Assembly: GCF_006345805.1 (NCBI RefSeq)
Contig: NC_043017.1
Location: 15,438,001-15,502,000, forward strand
DNA from: Octopus sinensis
Taxonomy: Eukaryota
Length of the DNA: 64,000 nucleotides
Direction: 5' to 3'
In this document: positions 38,758 through 52,505 of the stretch, in pieces
How the letters are laid out: each line of letters begins with the position of its first letter
How positions within the stretch are numbered: the first letter of the stretch is position 1
Notes under the pieces: generated by a model
The model's input: the letters and a program-made list of their open reading frames with translations, nothing else
The model's database searches: none
Told to the model about the DNA's origin: nothing
Made by a program: the position numbers and the translations under genes

Positions 38758-38923
38758 CTATTGGTGCATTTCTCAGCTCGTGCTTATCTCGTTGCTATGG
38801 TGATGTGTGACGTCAACCACAATGGCGACTTCCTGAAAATACATCTCCGTCTTTTTCCCATTTTCACTGAGAGATCGATAATTCTTTCAAACAAGACCAG
38901 AATTTATCCGGATTCTGGTTAGT
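38758..38923 (+). promoter_or_regulatory. Candidate Pol II promoter and non-coding first exon
   Basis: ATTGG 38760; X-box-like GTTGCTATGGTGAT 38791-38804; CRE TGACGTCA 38808-38815; YY1-like AATGGCG 38821; ETS ACTTCCTG 38828; possible donor TG|GTTAGT at 38918. Confidence 0.5.
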
Positions 38924-39105
38924 ATTAATAGCTAATCTTTGTTTACACATACACACACACACCGTGTATATATATACACATAAATATTTACAGATATATA
39001 GAGAGAGAACATTCTTTGTAGTTTGATCGTTGGTGATCTATTTCTAGCATACGGCCGACTACCTAGCGGTCTTGCCCTTTGAATATACATATATATATAT
39101 ATATG

Positions 39106-39137
<32 letters not shown>

Positions 39138-39139
39138 AC

Positions 39140-39440
39140 AGGCACTCCGTCGGTTACGACGACGAGGGTTCAGTTGATCCAATTAATGTGAAAGTGGCTG
39201 AGTACTCCACAGACACATGTACCTTGAATGCAGTTCTCAGGGAGGTTCAGTATGACACAGTGTGTAACAAGGCTGGCCCCTTGTGAATTACAGGTACAAC
39301 TCATTTTTGCCAGCTGATTGGACTAGAGCAATGTGAAATAAAGTGTCTTGCTCAAGGACACAGCGCGCCGTCAGGAATTGAACTCGTGACCTAACAACCT
39401 TGAGCCAAATGCCCTAACCACTAAACTATGCGCCTTCACA
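39140..39440 (-). mobile_element. tRNA-derived SINE
   Basis: Reverse complement of the family at 13990-14235. Confidence 0.8.
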
Positions 39441-40095
39441 CAAACACACACACACACACACACCAGATGTTTTATCGTTCTCTATTGCGTTTTTGTTTCT
39501 TTCTTTCTTGTATTTATATATACGTATAGCGGCGCTCGTACACTTTTGCTCACCTTACAGTGAGTATGTATCTAAATTTTGTACGATTCTTTTTCTGTCT
39601 TTTAGTCCCGCTCATTCTTTCTTCCTCTTTTCTTTTTCTCGCTCCCCCTCTCTCACAATTCCTGGCTCTATCTTCCTTTAACTCCTACTTTAACTCCTCG
39701 TTTATTTCCCCTGTACCTTTCCCTTTATCTCTTTCATTTTTTTCTCTCTTTCCCCTTCTTCCCCTAATCTTTCAGTCCCGCTGCTCCTACCCCTCTCTCT
39801 TCCTTCCACGTGACTGGTGTTCGGACAACCATGATCTTTCTTTCTTGGCCTGACTGCCGACCGCCAACATCTCTTATGTCCATCTCCTATGTTCCTGCCT
39901 TCAGGCTTTTATTTATACACGCCAGCTCAATTTAATTCCTCAGTCGAAAGACACATGTTGTTATATTCTTGTTGTTTGTACTTCTAATTGTATAACACGA
40001 TCTCCGCTTTTTGTCTTTGTTGTATATATTCGCTTGCTTTCTTACAAAAAATCTAATGCTCTTAGCTTATACTTCTTTGGGGGCAACCAGATCGA

Positions 40096-40156
40096 ACAGT
40101 CTCAAGTGTAAGTGCCCGAAACTGTAAGGACATCTGGTAAGTTGACTGACGAAAGA
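40096..40156 (+). ncRNA. Non-circularly permuted hammerhead candidate (stem II decayed)
   Basis: ACAG-UC-UCAA...GCCC-GAAA-CUGU...UUGA-CUGACGA; 5 bp stem III, 4 bp stem I, GUC site at 40099-40101. Confidence 0.55.
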
Positions 40157-43100
40157 AGACCACGAATGAGCCATCCTATTTTCTCCTGTCCCTCTAATTG
40201 TTGTTTTTCCTGTCCGCCTTTGTATCGTCTATCTGTCCGGATGTTTTATTGACCTGTATTGCGCTTTTGTCCTCGACCCTGTGGTTTCGGGTTCAGTTTA
40301 TCGGGTAAGAGTTTTCTATTACATTCCTGGTCCGATTAAAGTAGGAATTAAAGGGAGACACAGGGGATTCGCCATAAACAGAAACAGAAATAAACTTGTA
40401 TTTGCGTGCGTGTGTGTGTGTGTGTGTGTAAATGGATATGCAAGTAAACAAATAGATAGAGTAGATAGGTAATACGGACAGACAAGCACACACACATACA
40501 TATACAAACGAAGACTGAAACACACGACCATATACACACACGCATACTGCCCTCCCCCCCACACACACACAAGGACATATAAAGGTACACATCCCTACAT
40601 AACAGACGCACGTACATAGTCACACAAACCCATATACATAGACACTCAAATATGCAGACACAAGAAGACAGAGGTACACACACAAATACAAACACACAAA
40701 CACATGAAAATGCAGACTACATACAAACCCACACGCACTCATACATATACATACATACTTACACACACATACATGCACATACACACACACATACATACAT
40801 ACATACATACATACGTGCACACACATGCACACAAACAAACAAACAAAAAGAACGCAGCTCGGATAATGGACAGAGTCAGCAACTATTGAAAAGGTTGCAA
40901 GACGCAACGAAAATTTTAGGAAGATAAAAATAAGAAATAAGTGGAAATCGAACCGGTGAGTGTAATGATTTTCCCCAGACACAATAATGTGGGGGGGGGT
41001 ACGAAACGGTAGTTTTGGGGAGTTCCTGTGGACAATAATCTTCGGTAGAGAATGAAAATGCATGTTACAGGATATGTAACATCACACTCTGAAAAAAGAG
41101 AAAATAGAAATACCGGACTGTCTACAGAACTGATTCTCAACCGGAACCCATACGACACAGAGGGATCCATATGAGATTCTATTAAAATTTATGAGTAATA
41201 AGTAGGTTATACTTCAACTTATTGCTTAAAATATTCTAATTTTTTTTTTATACAATTCCTAATAATATTTAATTATTATGATAATATTTTTAAATATTGA
41301 ATGGCTGAGTCCACCCGATTAAAGTAGGAATTAAAGGGAGACACAGGTAAAACTATTTTTGAGAAACTTTGGTCTGCTGGTCAAAGTTGTTTGGGTTTGT
41401 TTTTTTCTTCTTTCTTTTCCTTGTCTGCGTCCGATCGTTTATCATACAGCGTTTTAGAATTTTTCTTAAATCAGTTTCTTTGTCCAAAATATGCCATGTT
41501 TCGGTGGACTTATGCTTATTGTTTTATCAGATGTTTCGTGAACGATGTAGATTTTGCTTTCTGCCACTATTAGAAGGAAGTCATGTGTTGGTATAGTCGG
41601 CTTTTAAGTAAGTTTACTGTTAGTCTGATATAAGAAACGGAGCTGATTTTTTGTTGTTATTTTTTTCATTTTTTTTTTTTTTTGTGGGGGACCTGATTCA
41701 GGATGCAGTTCCCTATCCCCTGGCGATCCAGGAAATATAACTCCTTGTTTCAGTCATCCCCTCTCTGATTTGTGTTGCTTATATTAATGTCGAGGAATTT
41801 CAGTGTTATACAACTAAATTCTTTTTATCCAAGATTAGTTGGTTTGATAATGTCTCTTATGGATACTTTATCGTCTTTGTGGAAGTTTTGCGCTGCCGAT
41901 CCTGTCAATTCATCTTAAATTATTTAAAGTATTTCGTCATCAAATATTCGTTATTTCTTGTACTCACCTAGAGACATGTCATTCTAATGTGGTACTCTTC
42001 CACTGTACTCCTGATGCCAATAGAATCTTTTGTAGTTCGAATCAGGCTGACTTCACACAAAGACAACGGGAATACCCGTATATATACAAATATGTGTGCA
42101 TGTATGTATATAAGGGTGAACTGTTTGGAAAAGACAATGAGAATAGATACCATTTTTTATATATACCTGGTTAGATTATGATTAGAGACAAGGAGAATCT
42201 TTACCCACTTTTTTTTTTACTTTATACAAAATGCACCAAAATAATTTTATTTGATATAAGGGATGGGGGTGAGTTAGATGTGCAGATAGAATGGTCTAAT
42301 TCGATGTAATATTAGGGGTTGTAAAATCTTCATAATAAAGGACCAATAGCGATTGAGAATTGCCCGGGGGTGAGAGGAAATCTTTCCTGTCGTCGTTTAC
42401 CATTTATGGAAACAAGAAAATATCGAAAAAAAAATGAAATTTTATTATTCTGGGTAAAAAAAGATATGTCGCTTGGTCGGGTGAGGGGAGAGACAAGGAC
42501 TAAAATCCTATTCGTAGCCTCTGAGACATGGGGTGGGGAAGGAGGAGGAAGGGGTTCTGAAACAGAAATCTTGAAGCAGACGCTTACAACAGAATGGACT
42601 CCACAAATGGTACCCAGAGATCGGATGGTGATGTTAACCCGGGTCACAGATTGAGAGTACTGTTCATGTAAGTTGCGGAGGGATTCTGAACTCAGAACGC
42701 AATACCGCCAGGTATTCCGCCAGGTATTCCGTTTAATTGCTCTACCTATTTCACCAATCCCCACTCCGCCTTAGTTTGATACTTTATTTCATCTACCTCG
42801 GAAGGATGAATTGCAAGGTTGACTTGGGCCGATTTAAACTCAGATCGCAAAAAGCCAGGATAAATACAGTATGGAATTTATCCCAGCTTTTAAACAGTGG
42901 GTGTATGAACCGAATTGAGGGCAGAGGGGATTCGCCATAAATTTACCACTCTTCAACTCTTTATACCCGTATCATCAAATATGTCTTCCCACCTTTGATA
43001 TCTCCCACATTTCCACCATAAACACATTGCCATCCAATTCTCATTGTCTTCTCCCAAAAAGATTACGTATAGAGTTAGGTGTAAAAGATTATCTTTCCCA

Positions 43101-43375
43101 AAAGATCTTCATTGATGTAATCCTTGACATCCGATAATCCGACGGATTACTCTAAGAATTTCACACTAAAACTTGCACCAATTGAAATGTTTTCAGTAAA
43201 TTTGAAAGTTGAAGTCGGCTTTGATAAAACAACCTTTTCATTTTAGACAAAAGCTGCGTGTCTTTCCTTCGGATCGCAAAAAAAAAAAAGAAATTAATTC
43301 CATTGCTCTTCGAAAGTTTCAGGTTTGAAGAGAATGTTCTTTGTTTTTTTTTTCCTTTTTCATACTTAACTATCC

Positions 43376-43491
<116 letters not shown>

Positions 43492-43533
43492 GTATATATA
43501 TATATATATAGATATATATATAGTGTGTGTGTG

Positions 43534-43588
<55 letters not shown>

Positions 43589-43725
43589 AATAAGAAATAA
43601 GAGGAATTTTACGGTGAGTGTGTTAAATAATAAGCCATTAAAAGAGAATGACTCTCCCCAGACACAACAGAATATGCTTCAACACACGAACTCATATAAA
43701 GAATCTTGCAAACCAAATCCCAAAA

Positions 43726-43867
<142 letters not shown>

Positions 43868-43892
43868 GTGTGTGTATACGTGTGTGTGTATG

Positions 43893-44673
43893 TGGCGTAA
43901 TGGTTAAGGTGTTGAACTTAACCATTGATCTGTAGAACGTGCTTCGATTCCGAGATTGAGCGATGTGGTTGTTCTTGAGCAAAACACTTCATTTCACGTT
44001 GCTCAACACCCCGCTTCCCCACCTCCCTTTCGATCGGGGGCGGATATTAGCCTGTTCACCAGGCCAGCGTGGTTAACTTCCTTTTCGAAAGCTAAAACGG
44101 TACTTAGCGCATTGTGTCCAGCGATGTATAACAGCATCTGATAGCCTGCTCGATCACGTGATCACTTAAGATACATTATCTATGTTGTGTTTTTCTATAT
44201 CAATATGTTGGGTAATATCCTTTTCTACTCTAGACACAAGGCCCGAAATTTTGGGGGAGGGGACCAGTCGATTAAATCGACCCCTGTTCGCAACTGGTAC
44301 TTAATTTATTGACATCGAAAGGATGAAAAGCAAAGTTGACCTCGGTGGAATTTGAACTCAGAACGTAGCGGCAGACGAAATACCTATTTCTTTACTACCC
44401 ACAAGGGGCTAAACATAGAGGGGACAAACAAGGACAGACAAACGGATTAAATCGATTACATCGACCCCAGTGCGTAACTGGTACTTAATTTATCTACCCC
44501 GAAAGGATGAAAGGCAAAGTCGACCTCGGCAGAATTTGAACTCAGAACGCAACGGCAGACGAAATACCGCTAAGCATTTCGCCCGGCGTGCTAACGTTTC
44601 TGCCAGCTCCCCAAAAAACCACCGGTTGAGAAGCAGTGGTAGGAGACAAACGCTAACAGAATGACACGCACAC

Positions 44674-44714
<41 letters not shown>

Positions 44715-45600
44715 TGTGTGTGTACACAACAGGCGTCTTTCAGTTTCCGTCAACCAAATCCACGCAATTGGCTTTGTCAGCTCGAAGCTACAGTAGAAGA
44801 CACTTGCCCAAGATGCCATCCAGTAGGATTGAACCCGGAACCATGAGCTTGATAAGCAAGCTTCTTATCACACAGCCACGCATACACCTATATGCTCTCT
44901 GGATGTTTAAATCTTTCTAGTATCGATATTATTTGGACGTCATAAGGCGGCGAGGAGCTGGCAGAAACGTTTGCACGCCGGGCGAAATGCTTAGCGGCAT
45001 TTCGTCTGCCGCTACGTTCTGAGTTCAAATTCCGCCGAGGTCGACTTTACCTTTCATTCTTTCGGGATCGATTAAATAAGTACGAGCTACGCACTGGGCT
45101 CGATATAATCGACTTAATCCATTTGTCTGTTTTTGTTTGTCCTCTCTGTGTTTAGCCCCCTCCCCCCCCCCCGCCCCTTGTGGGTAGTAAAGAAATGGGT
45201 AATTCCTCTGTCTTTATGTTCTGAGTTCAACTTCAGCCGAAATCAGCTTTGATAAAATAAGTACCAGTTAATCGACTAACCTCCACCACCACTCCTCGAA
45301 TTGCTGACCTTGAGCCAAAATTTAAAACCCAAAAAGTGAAGGGTATGACTTTGTACAAGCGTCTTGCACGAAGGCAGTTGCCCGACTAAAACCTTGCAAA
45401 TGGATTTGGTTGATGGAAAACAATGTAGAAATGCGTTGTGTATATATTTATATACATGGGTTGTGGTTAGGGTTTGTGTTTGTCTCAACATCGCTTGACA
45501 ACGCGAGTTGGTTTGTTTACTGCGGTCGATTTGTTCGAGTAAAGTTTTGCAAGCGGTGCCCCAGCATGGCTGGAATCCAGTAAACTGAAGCAAGTTATAG
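43893..45600. mobile_element. SINE cluster (43893-44165 +, 44220-44610 -, 44730-44880 -, 44945-45320 +, 45380-45600 +)
   Basis: Same families as 11043, 13990 and 14260. Confidence 0.8.
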
Positions 45601-45608
45601 TATAAAAG

Positions 45609-45662
<54 letters not shown>

Positions 45663-45810
45663 TCATTATCTTTTATTAAATTTTTAATAATTTTGATATA
45701 TATTTAAAATAATATAAATTAATTAATTTTATGTATTGGCTTAAGTTTTTCATTGTTTGATTTGCCTAATAGTGGTTTTATCTCTAATTTAATATAATAT
45801 ATATATATAT

Positions 45811-45857
<47 letters not shown>

Positions 45858-46371
45858 CATACATACATAATTGTCTGTAAACTACATCCCAAAGATGGGG
45901 CTTTGTATCTTTGTTGGAATCTGGCTCCCTCCTCAGTGGATTAATAATAATTAAAAAATAGAAGACATGCATACACACACATGCATAATTCTATGAATGT
46001 TATATTTTGTTATTTACAAAAAAAACAAATTATATTACAATTTTATACAATCAATTTTCGTCACATATGATGAATAACATGACAAAATATCGATCTCTCT
46101 ATATAATACCATCACCACTTATAACATAGTACACAGAATTTGTCATCGCGCCATTTTTTCTTACTTTTCAGCCATGTTGGTTTTTACCGTTTTTCCTTTC
46201 TCTTTTCTTTTTTTCTATCTTTTTTTCGTTTTATTCTTTCCAATTTTTCTTTTCATACACCGTAGGGTGTTTTTATTTTCTTTAACACTTTTCTCATTTT
46301 TTTAAATGGAAGAGTGTATAATGTATAGTGTATGTACACATACATACATACTTACATACATACATACATAC

Positions 46372-46402
<31 letters not shown>

Positions 46403-46981
46403 CGATATATCATATGCGCTCGTTTCAAACTTGTCCGCTTCATTAGCATAAACGACGTTAACTGTCGGCTAACATGCAAATTTTTACTGATATGTACGTT
46501 ATGAGAGAGATTTGCACGGACGTAGTAGAAAGGAAGGGTTGTCACTTAAGTTGGTTAAATGAGTTTGTTAATGGCTATACTTCTGTATGTCTTGTTGGGG
46601 GTTGATGTGTATGAACGTGTTGGGGTTAAAGGGAGAGGCTAAACATTGGTGAAAGTGGTTTTTGGTGTGTATGGGTGTGCGTGTGTATGTGTGTGTGTGT
46701 ATGTGTGTGTGTGTGTATGTATGTGCGTGCAATATAAAAGTTTGTGCGTGTGTGTGTGTTAAAAAAAACTAAGATAAAGGAATAAACAAAATGTTTCCAC
46801 GCATCATTTTGAGTGACATCGCTTTTTCATGTCCACGAAAGATCGTCTTTGGTAGTTACTTGTCATCTATACGAAACCATGGTATTGGCTTACACAACCA
46901 TACATTTGCACAGACACACGCGCACGAACTTGCTTATATATACATACGTGTGTAAGGTGGTAGGGCTGTAATATGTATTTG

Positions 46982-47015
<34 letters not shown>

Positions 47016-47141
47016 TTCATATATATATACATACATATATATATATATATGTGTGTGTAGGTCCCGGGTTGAGTCGGGGTTAACCACAGTAAATAAGGTA
47101 CTCAATACATAGCAGAGTAAATTAATTTATTTTATAGAAGG

Positions 47142-47191
47142 AGCTTCTACAGGACTAGAACTGTTTCATTCAAGTGAATCATCAGGAAGCT
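47142..47191 (-). ncRNA. Type I hammerhead ribozyme (left member of back-to-back pair)
   Basis: AGCUUC-CUGAUGA-UUC(ACUU)GAAU-GAAA-CAG..CUG-UA-GAAGCU. Confidence 0.75.
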
Positions 47192-47238
47192 TCCTGATGA
47201 TTTCATTTGAATGAAACAGTTCTAGTCTTGTAGAAGCT
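47188..47238 (+). ncRNA. Type I hammerhead ribozyme (right member of back-to-back pair)
   Basis: AGCUUC-CUGAUGA-UUUC(AUUU)GAAU-GAAA-CAG..UUG-UA-GAAGCU. Confidence 0.75.
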
Positions 47239-47660
47239 CCTTCTATAAAATAAAATAAAAATATATATATATATACATATATGTATAGTGAGGTTGTGTG
47301 TATACATACATGTATACATATAAAGATACATAAGTACATAAAATGCGTAACAAGGTGGAAAAACTAGTACTCCAATACCAAAGTTAGAGTAACATACTAT
47401 TAGAGGGCGAAACAAAATCTTCACAAACTCTTAATCCGTGTTTCACGTGATCGATCGTCGGACAGTTACAATTAAAATAAATGTGTGTATGTGTGTGTGT
47501 GTGTGTTATCCGCAGATAACAATCTGTAGTAAAAAAGAATGAGCTGTCTTTGGCTGCTATTTCTAAGTTTTTGGTATGTGGTGATGCAACTTTTGCTTAA
47601 CACTTAATATATTTAATTATATGTATATATATATATGTGTTGTATATATATATATATATA

Positions 47661-47734
<74 letters not shown>

Positions 47735-48438
47735 ATATATATTCGACAGGCTTCTTTCAGTTTCCATCTACCAAATCGACTCGCAAGGTTTTGTAGCAGA
47801 AGAGACTTGCCCAAGTTGCCACGATGTGATTGGAAAGCCAAGTTCTCACCACACAGCTACTCCCGCGCTTTATACCTGTAGCCTTTTAGACAACACTGAA
47901 TGTATAGACGGACGTAAACATCTTGTCCTTGCGTACAATATGTTGTTGCACACAAAAAGTGGGATCTGCCGGCCTAATCTCAGTCCTTTGTTAGGATTCT
48001 TCAACTGTCTAAAGAGATGCCGTTTATGACATCACTGTTGCTAAGAACTTGGTAATATATGCAAATTAGGCTATCCCCTGATATGCAAATAGGCAAATAG
48101 ACTAAATGAGAAGCTGACACTTGTTTGTTGTTTGGTGAAGTTGGGTACGTCTTCCCTGAGGAGTGGTCAACAAACTGTTAACGCTCCGTTAGGAAACTCT
48201 TTCCGCACTTCCATCCACAAATCTACAGCACAGAAAGTAAGGGTTTTACATTCTTCTTCACCCTACAAGGACGCAGTATGATATTTAAATTTATTGCAGT
48301 TTTTCCTGTGAACAACATATTGCGCATAATCTGTGTGTATATGTGTATGGAAACAGAGTCATGAGTATATATATATACATGTATGTATGTATGCATATGT
48401 GTGTATCTATATATACGTATGTGTGTATATATGCGTGC

Positions 48439-48480
<42 letters not shown>

Positions 48481-48909
48481 GTATATGTATATGTGTGTGT
48501 CCATGTGTGCGTGTGTGTGTGACTTCTATAAATGAGAGAATGTGAGTTCATTTATAATATATTCATACAGTTAAGGTGGGCGGGGTGGAGGGGGAGCGCT
48601 TTAATTCCGGTTTTAAACTTGAAAGCAAGATGGTTTCTCTGGCTGCTTAGTTAAACATTAGTCCGTTAAGTGGTTGGCAAGTTACCAAAGAAACCGGCGA
48701 TAACGCAATGTCGGATTAAAGGTTCAATTAAGATTTGTAAGCATTTTCAAAAGGGAACCTAAAGGAAATGAAGCGTACACATGGAGTTGGCCATTCAGCA
48801 AAGTGGGATGGAGATGGGATCCGAGTCGCATCACTGGGTTTGCTTTTGTTTTTCATAGCATCACATTAAAGTTGAGAGAGGAGGGACTATGAGTTAATAT
48901 GGTATGGTG

Positions 48910-49016
<107 letters not shown>

Positions 49017-49037
49017 TAGATAGATAGATATACAGAC

Positions 49038-49068
<31 letters not shown>

Positions 49069-49691
49069 TAGATAGCTACATACATACATACATACATACA
49101 TACATACATACATACATACATACATAGGACAGCACTATCCAATGTTTGCTGTAACGTAATTTGAGATGCTGTGCCGTGTGAGGTCAGGTGAAACAGCTGC
49201 ACTTCTCTCACGGTTTCCATTGAGTGCAACGGTTGAATGCATTTGTGCCACTGCACTCACAAATGCGCGAGACATTAGAGTGACAGACAGACAGTGCTTT
49301 GCAGTATTTGTATCCCGTCTCCACACTCAGAGATCAAACCCCGCCGTGGCCAGCTTTACCTTTCGTTCTATCGGGGTCAATAAATAAAGTTGAGACCATT
49401 ACTGGCTTCGATTAGTGTCCTTTCTTCTTTGGAACAAATCTGTAGCTAAGACCTGGAGAGGGATGAATGCCACCACGTTTAAGTTATTCAAGACACGTAG
49501 TATTAACGCGATGTCGGTCTTACAACGCCATCAGATGTTGCAGGGACCGGGAAGGACAGGTTTTATTCTGTTGAGTTTTACGTCTTTTTGTGGTGTCCTG
49601 TACGTATATATATTTATATATGCATGTATATATACATGTAGATGTCGGTATGTACATATATGTTTGTATGTATGCACATATTTTATTATTA

Positions 49692-49770
<79 letters not shown>

Positions 49771-49773
49771 ATA

Positions 49774-50478
49774 TAGGGTGCGGTGAATAAATTGTCGCCT
49801 GAATTACGCAAAAATGAAAATAACACTGATACATCATTTTAACAGATATATTTACCAAAATTACTTTTAAATATCTTGAAATTCTGAAGAGTAAATTTAT
49901 TCAATAAAATCGCGATTGGCTTCAACCACGTCCTCCACACGACTTTGGAATCTCCTGCGACTCTTCTGGACGGTTTCCTTGTTTAAGTTGGTGAATGCTG
50001 CCATAAGCCTTGCTTTCAGTCATCTTCGGTGTTAAAAAGGAGTTTTGTTGGTCCCTTACTCAACTGCACTCCACACACAATAATTAAGGGGGTTGCAGTC
50101 TGGGAAGTTAGGTAACCAGATGTTAAGGGTGATGTGGTCGAAGAAATTTTCTGACCGCCATGACTGGGTTCTCCTGCTTGTGTGGCATGGTGCAGAGTCC
50201 TGTTGCCAGATATAGGGTCTTCCAGTAGCCACCCTGTTGACCCAGGACAGCACAACCTCTTCCAGGCACTTGATGTAGGCCTCCGTGTTGAGTCTAGGAC
50301 CGTGAAGGAAGATGAATGGAGGCATAATGTTGACATCACTGGTGATCACTCCAAACTCCATGATGTTGATTGGCTGTTTGATTTTTATCACTCTCGGTAC
50401 ATTTTTTGGGGACACGGCAAGCCAACGGTTGTTCTGCGCTTTACCCATCTGATCATGGCAGAAATTTTTCTCGTGCAA
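49774..50478 (-). mobile_element. maT (DD37D) Tc1/mariner-superfamily transposon 3' fragment
   Basis: WQQDSAPCH + 37-residue spacing to NPL(N)Y, third Asp mutated to Asn; TA|TAGGGTGCGG TIR-like end. Confidence 0.88.
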
Positions 50479-50654
50479 TAGAATTAATATTTGATTTTTC
50501 TCTCTGAAGAATTTCCACTAGGGAGGTATCTTACGTTTTTAACCGTCGTATGCAATTTTGTAATTCCTATTCGCAAATGAAATATGCATAATGGTGAATA
50601 AATAATAAATAATACAGAGCAATTTTCTACCTTCCTGTTTCGATATGTATATAT

Positions 50655-50872
50655 ATATTATTTGTTTCAGTCATTTGACAGCGGCCATGATGGAGCACCG
50701 CCTTTAGTCGAACAAATCGATCCTTGGAGTTATTCTTTGTAAGCGTAGTACTTATCGGTCTCTTTTGCCGAGCCGCTAAGTTACGGGGACGTAAACACAC
50801 CAAAATCGGTTGTCAAGCGATGATGGAGGGACAAACACAGACACACAAACATACATACACACACACACACAT

Positions 50873-50940
<68 letters not shown>

Positions 50941-51095
50941 ATGACGGGCTTCTTTCAGTTTCCGTCTACCAAATCCACTCACAAGGCTTTGGTCGGCCCG
51001 TGGCTATAGTAGAAGACAATTGCCCAAGGTGCCACACTGAACCTGGAACCATGTGTTTGGCAAGCAAGCTACTTACCACGCAGCCACTCCTGCGC
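50655..51095 (-). mobile_element. Full-length tRNA-derived SINE with internal microsatellite
   Basis: Reverse complement of the 14260-14635 family plus the tail seen at 1-70. Confidence 0.85.
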
Positions 51096-51105
51096 GCCTA
51101 TACAA

Positions 51106-51936
51106 CCACTGAATCTATCTCCTCAGAATTATCCCAATCTGACAATCCCCTCAGAATATCCTTTTATCATTACCCCCTCTGTACCCATACTTGTTATACG
51201 CCTGTGTAATTCTATCATAGAAATCGTGTTATACGATATATAATTCCATTCTATAAATCTTGTTCTACCCGTCTTGAGAATCTGAGCCGTTCGCTCTTGG
51301 AGAATAATAATAATGTCGTTATTGTTCGGAATTGTAATGGTTAGAAAATCAAAAGGAGAGATTTCACATAAATAAGAATAAATCTTTCCGTTTCTGCTTC
51401 AGAACAAAAACGAGAATGTCAGAGATAAATATTGTTTGGAATTTTCCGCTGAGTTTTTCAAGTTCCCAGCTTGAAGCTGAAAATCTAAGTGACATTTTGC
51501 ATTTTAGCACAGGTTCTTAGAAATGTCAAAATTCTTGAAGAATCACTGAAGTGTATTAAACAGATTTGATGAAAAGTTGTTCAGTTTTACAGGAAAACGT
51601 CCTTGGTTGGTCAACAAAGTCTTGAAATATTTTCCAGCTAAAAACGTTTTCCATTGTTCCTGTAATGGCGGTTTAAACAGGAGATAAACATGGCTGGGTT
51701 GTTGTTGTCGTCTGAACTTGTTCTTATTATATTCAATAAAACTGTTAACCCTTTCTCAGACATTAATATAAGTAAACGCCAAAGTCGTTTGGTTATTTTG
51801 GGGTTGGCTCGATTTGTTGAGAAAAAAAGGCATGTTATATAGGGTTTGACGGTATGGGTACAAAGAGGGTAATAATGAAAGGATACTCTGAGGGGATTGT
51901 CACATTGGGATAATTCTGAGGAGACAGATTCAGTGG
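51106..51936. repeat. 85 bp inverted repeats about 660 bp apart
   Basis: 51106-51190 is the reverse complement of 51852-51936 with few mismatches. Confidence 0.8.
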
Positions 51937-52304
51937 ACAATGTCCTAGTTGAATGAATTGTTTGGAAACATTTCTCATAAAAACGACAAATATTGAAAAT
52001 AGACAAAGAGGGATAATAGAAAGCAGATAAATGCTGTGGGATAATGGGGGATCGACAGACACGGTGGGATAACATTAATGGGTAGAGAGTATGGGATAAC
52101 GGAAAGGAGATACGTGGACAGAGCGGGGATAGTGTTGAGGAGAGAGATGCGGTGGGTCATTGTGAGTGGTAAGGGATATGGAATTGGTGTTGTTGTTCTT
52201 CTTCTTTTAACCCCAAGTCATTCCTGATTCTCCAGACCTATTATCAATAGCGCTCCAGCCATGATCTTCTCGCTCTTCCTTCTCTAGTTTATGTCAAGAT
52301 ATCG

Positions 52305-52505
52305 GTTTCAAATTTTGACACGAAGCCTGCAATTTCGAGTCAGTGGGTGAGTCAATTACACCTACTCCCATTGCTTAACTGGTACTTACTTTACCGATCC
52401 TGAAAGGATGAAAGGCAAAGTCGACCGCGACCGAATTTGAACTCCAGACTTAAAGACGGACGAAATGCCGCTAAGCATTCTGTCCGACATGCTAACAACT
52501 CTGCC
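52305..52505 (-). mobile_element. SINE
   Basis: AACTGGTACTT..GAAAGGATGAAAGGCAAAGTCGACC..GAATTTGAACTC. Confidence 0.75.

Noticed and set aside
48152-48196. UUCC-CUGAGGA...GUUA-GGAA hammerhead-like remnant
   Set aside because: GAAA element missing; decayed at best.
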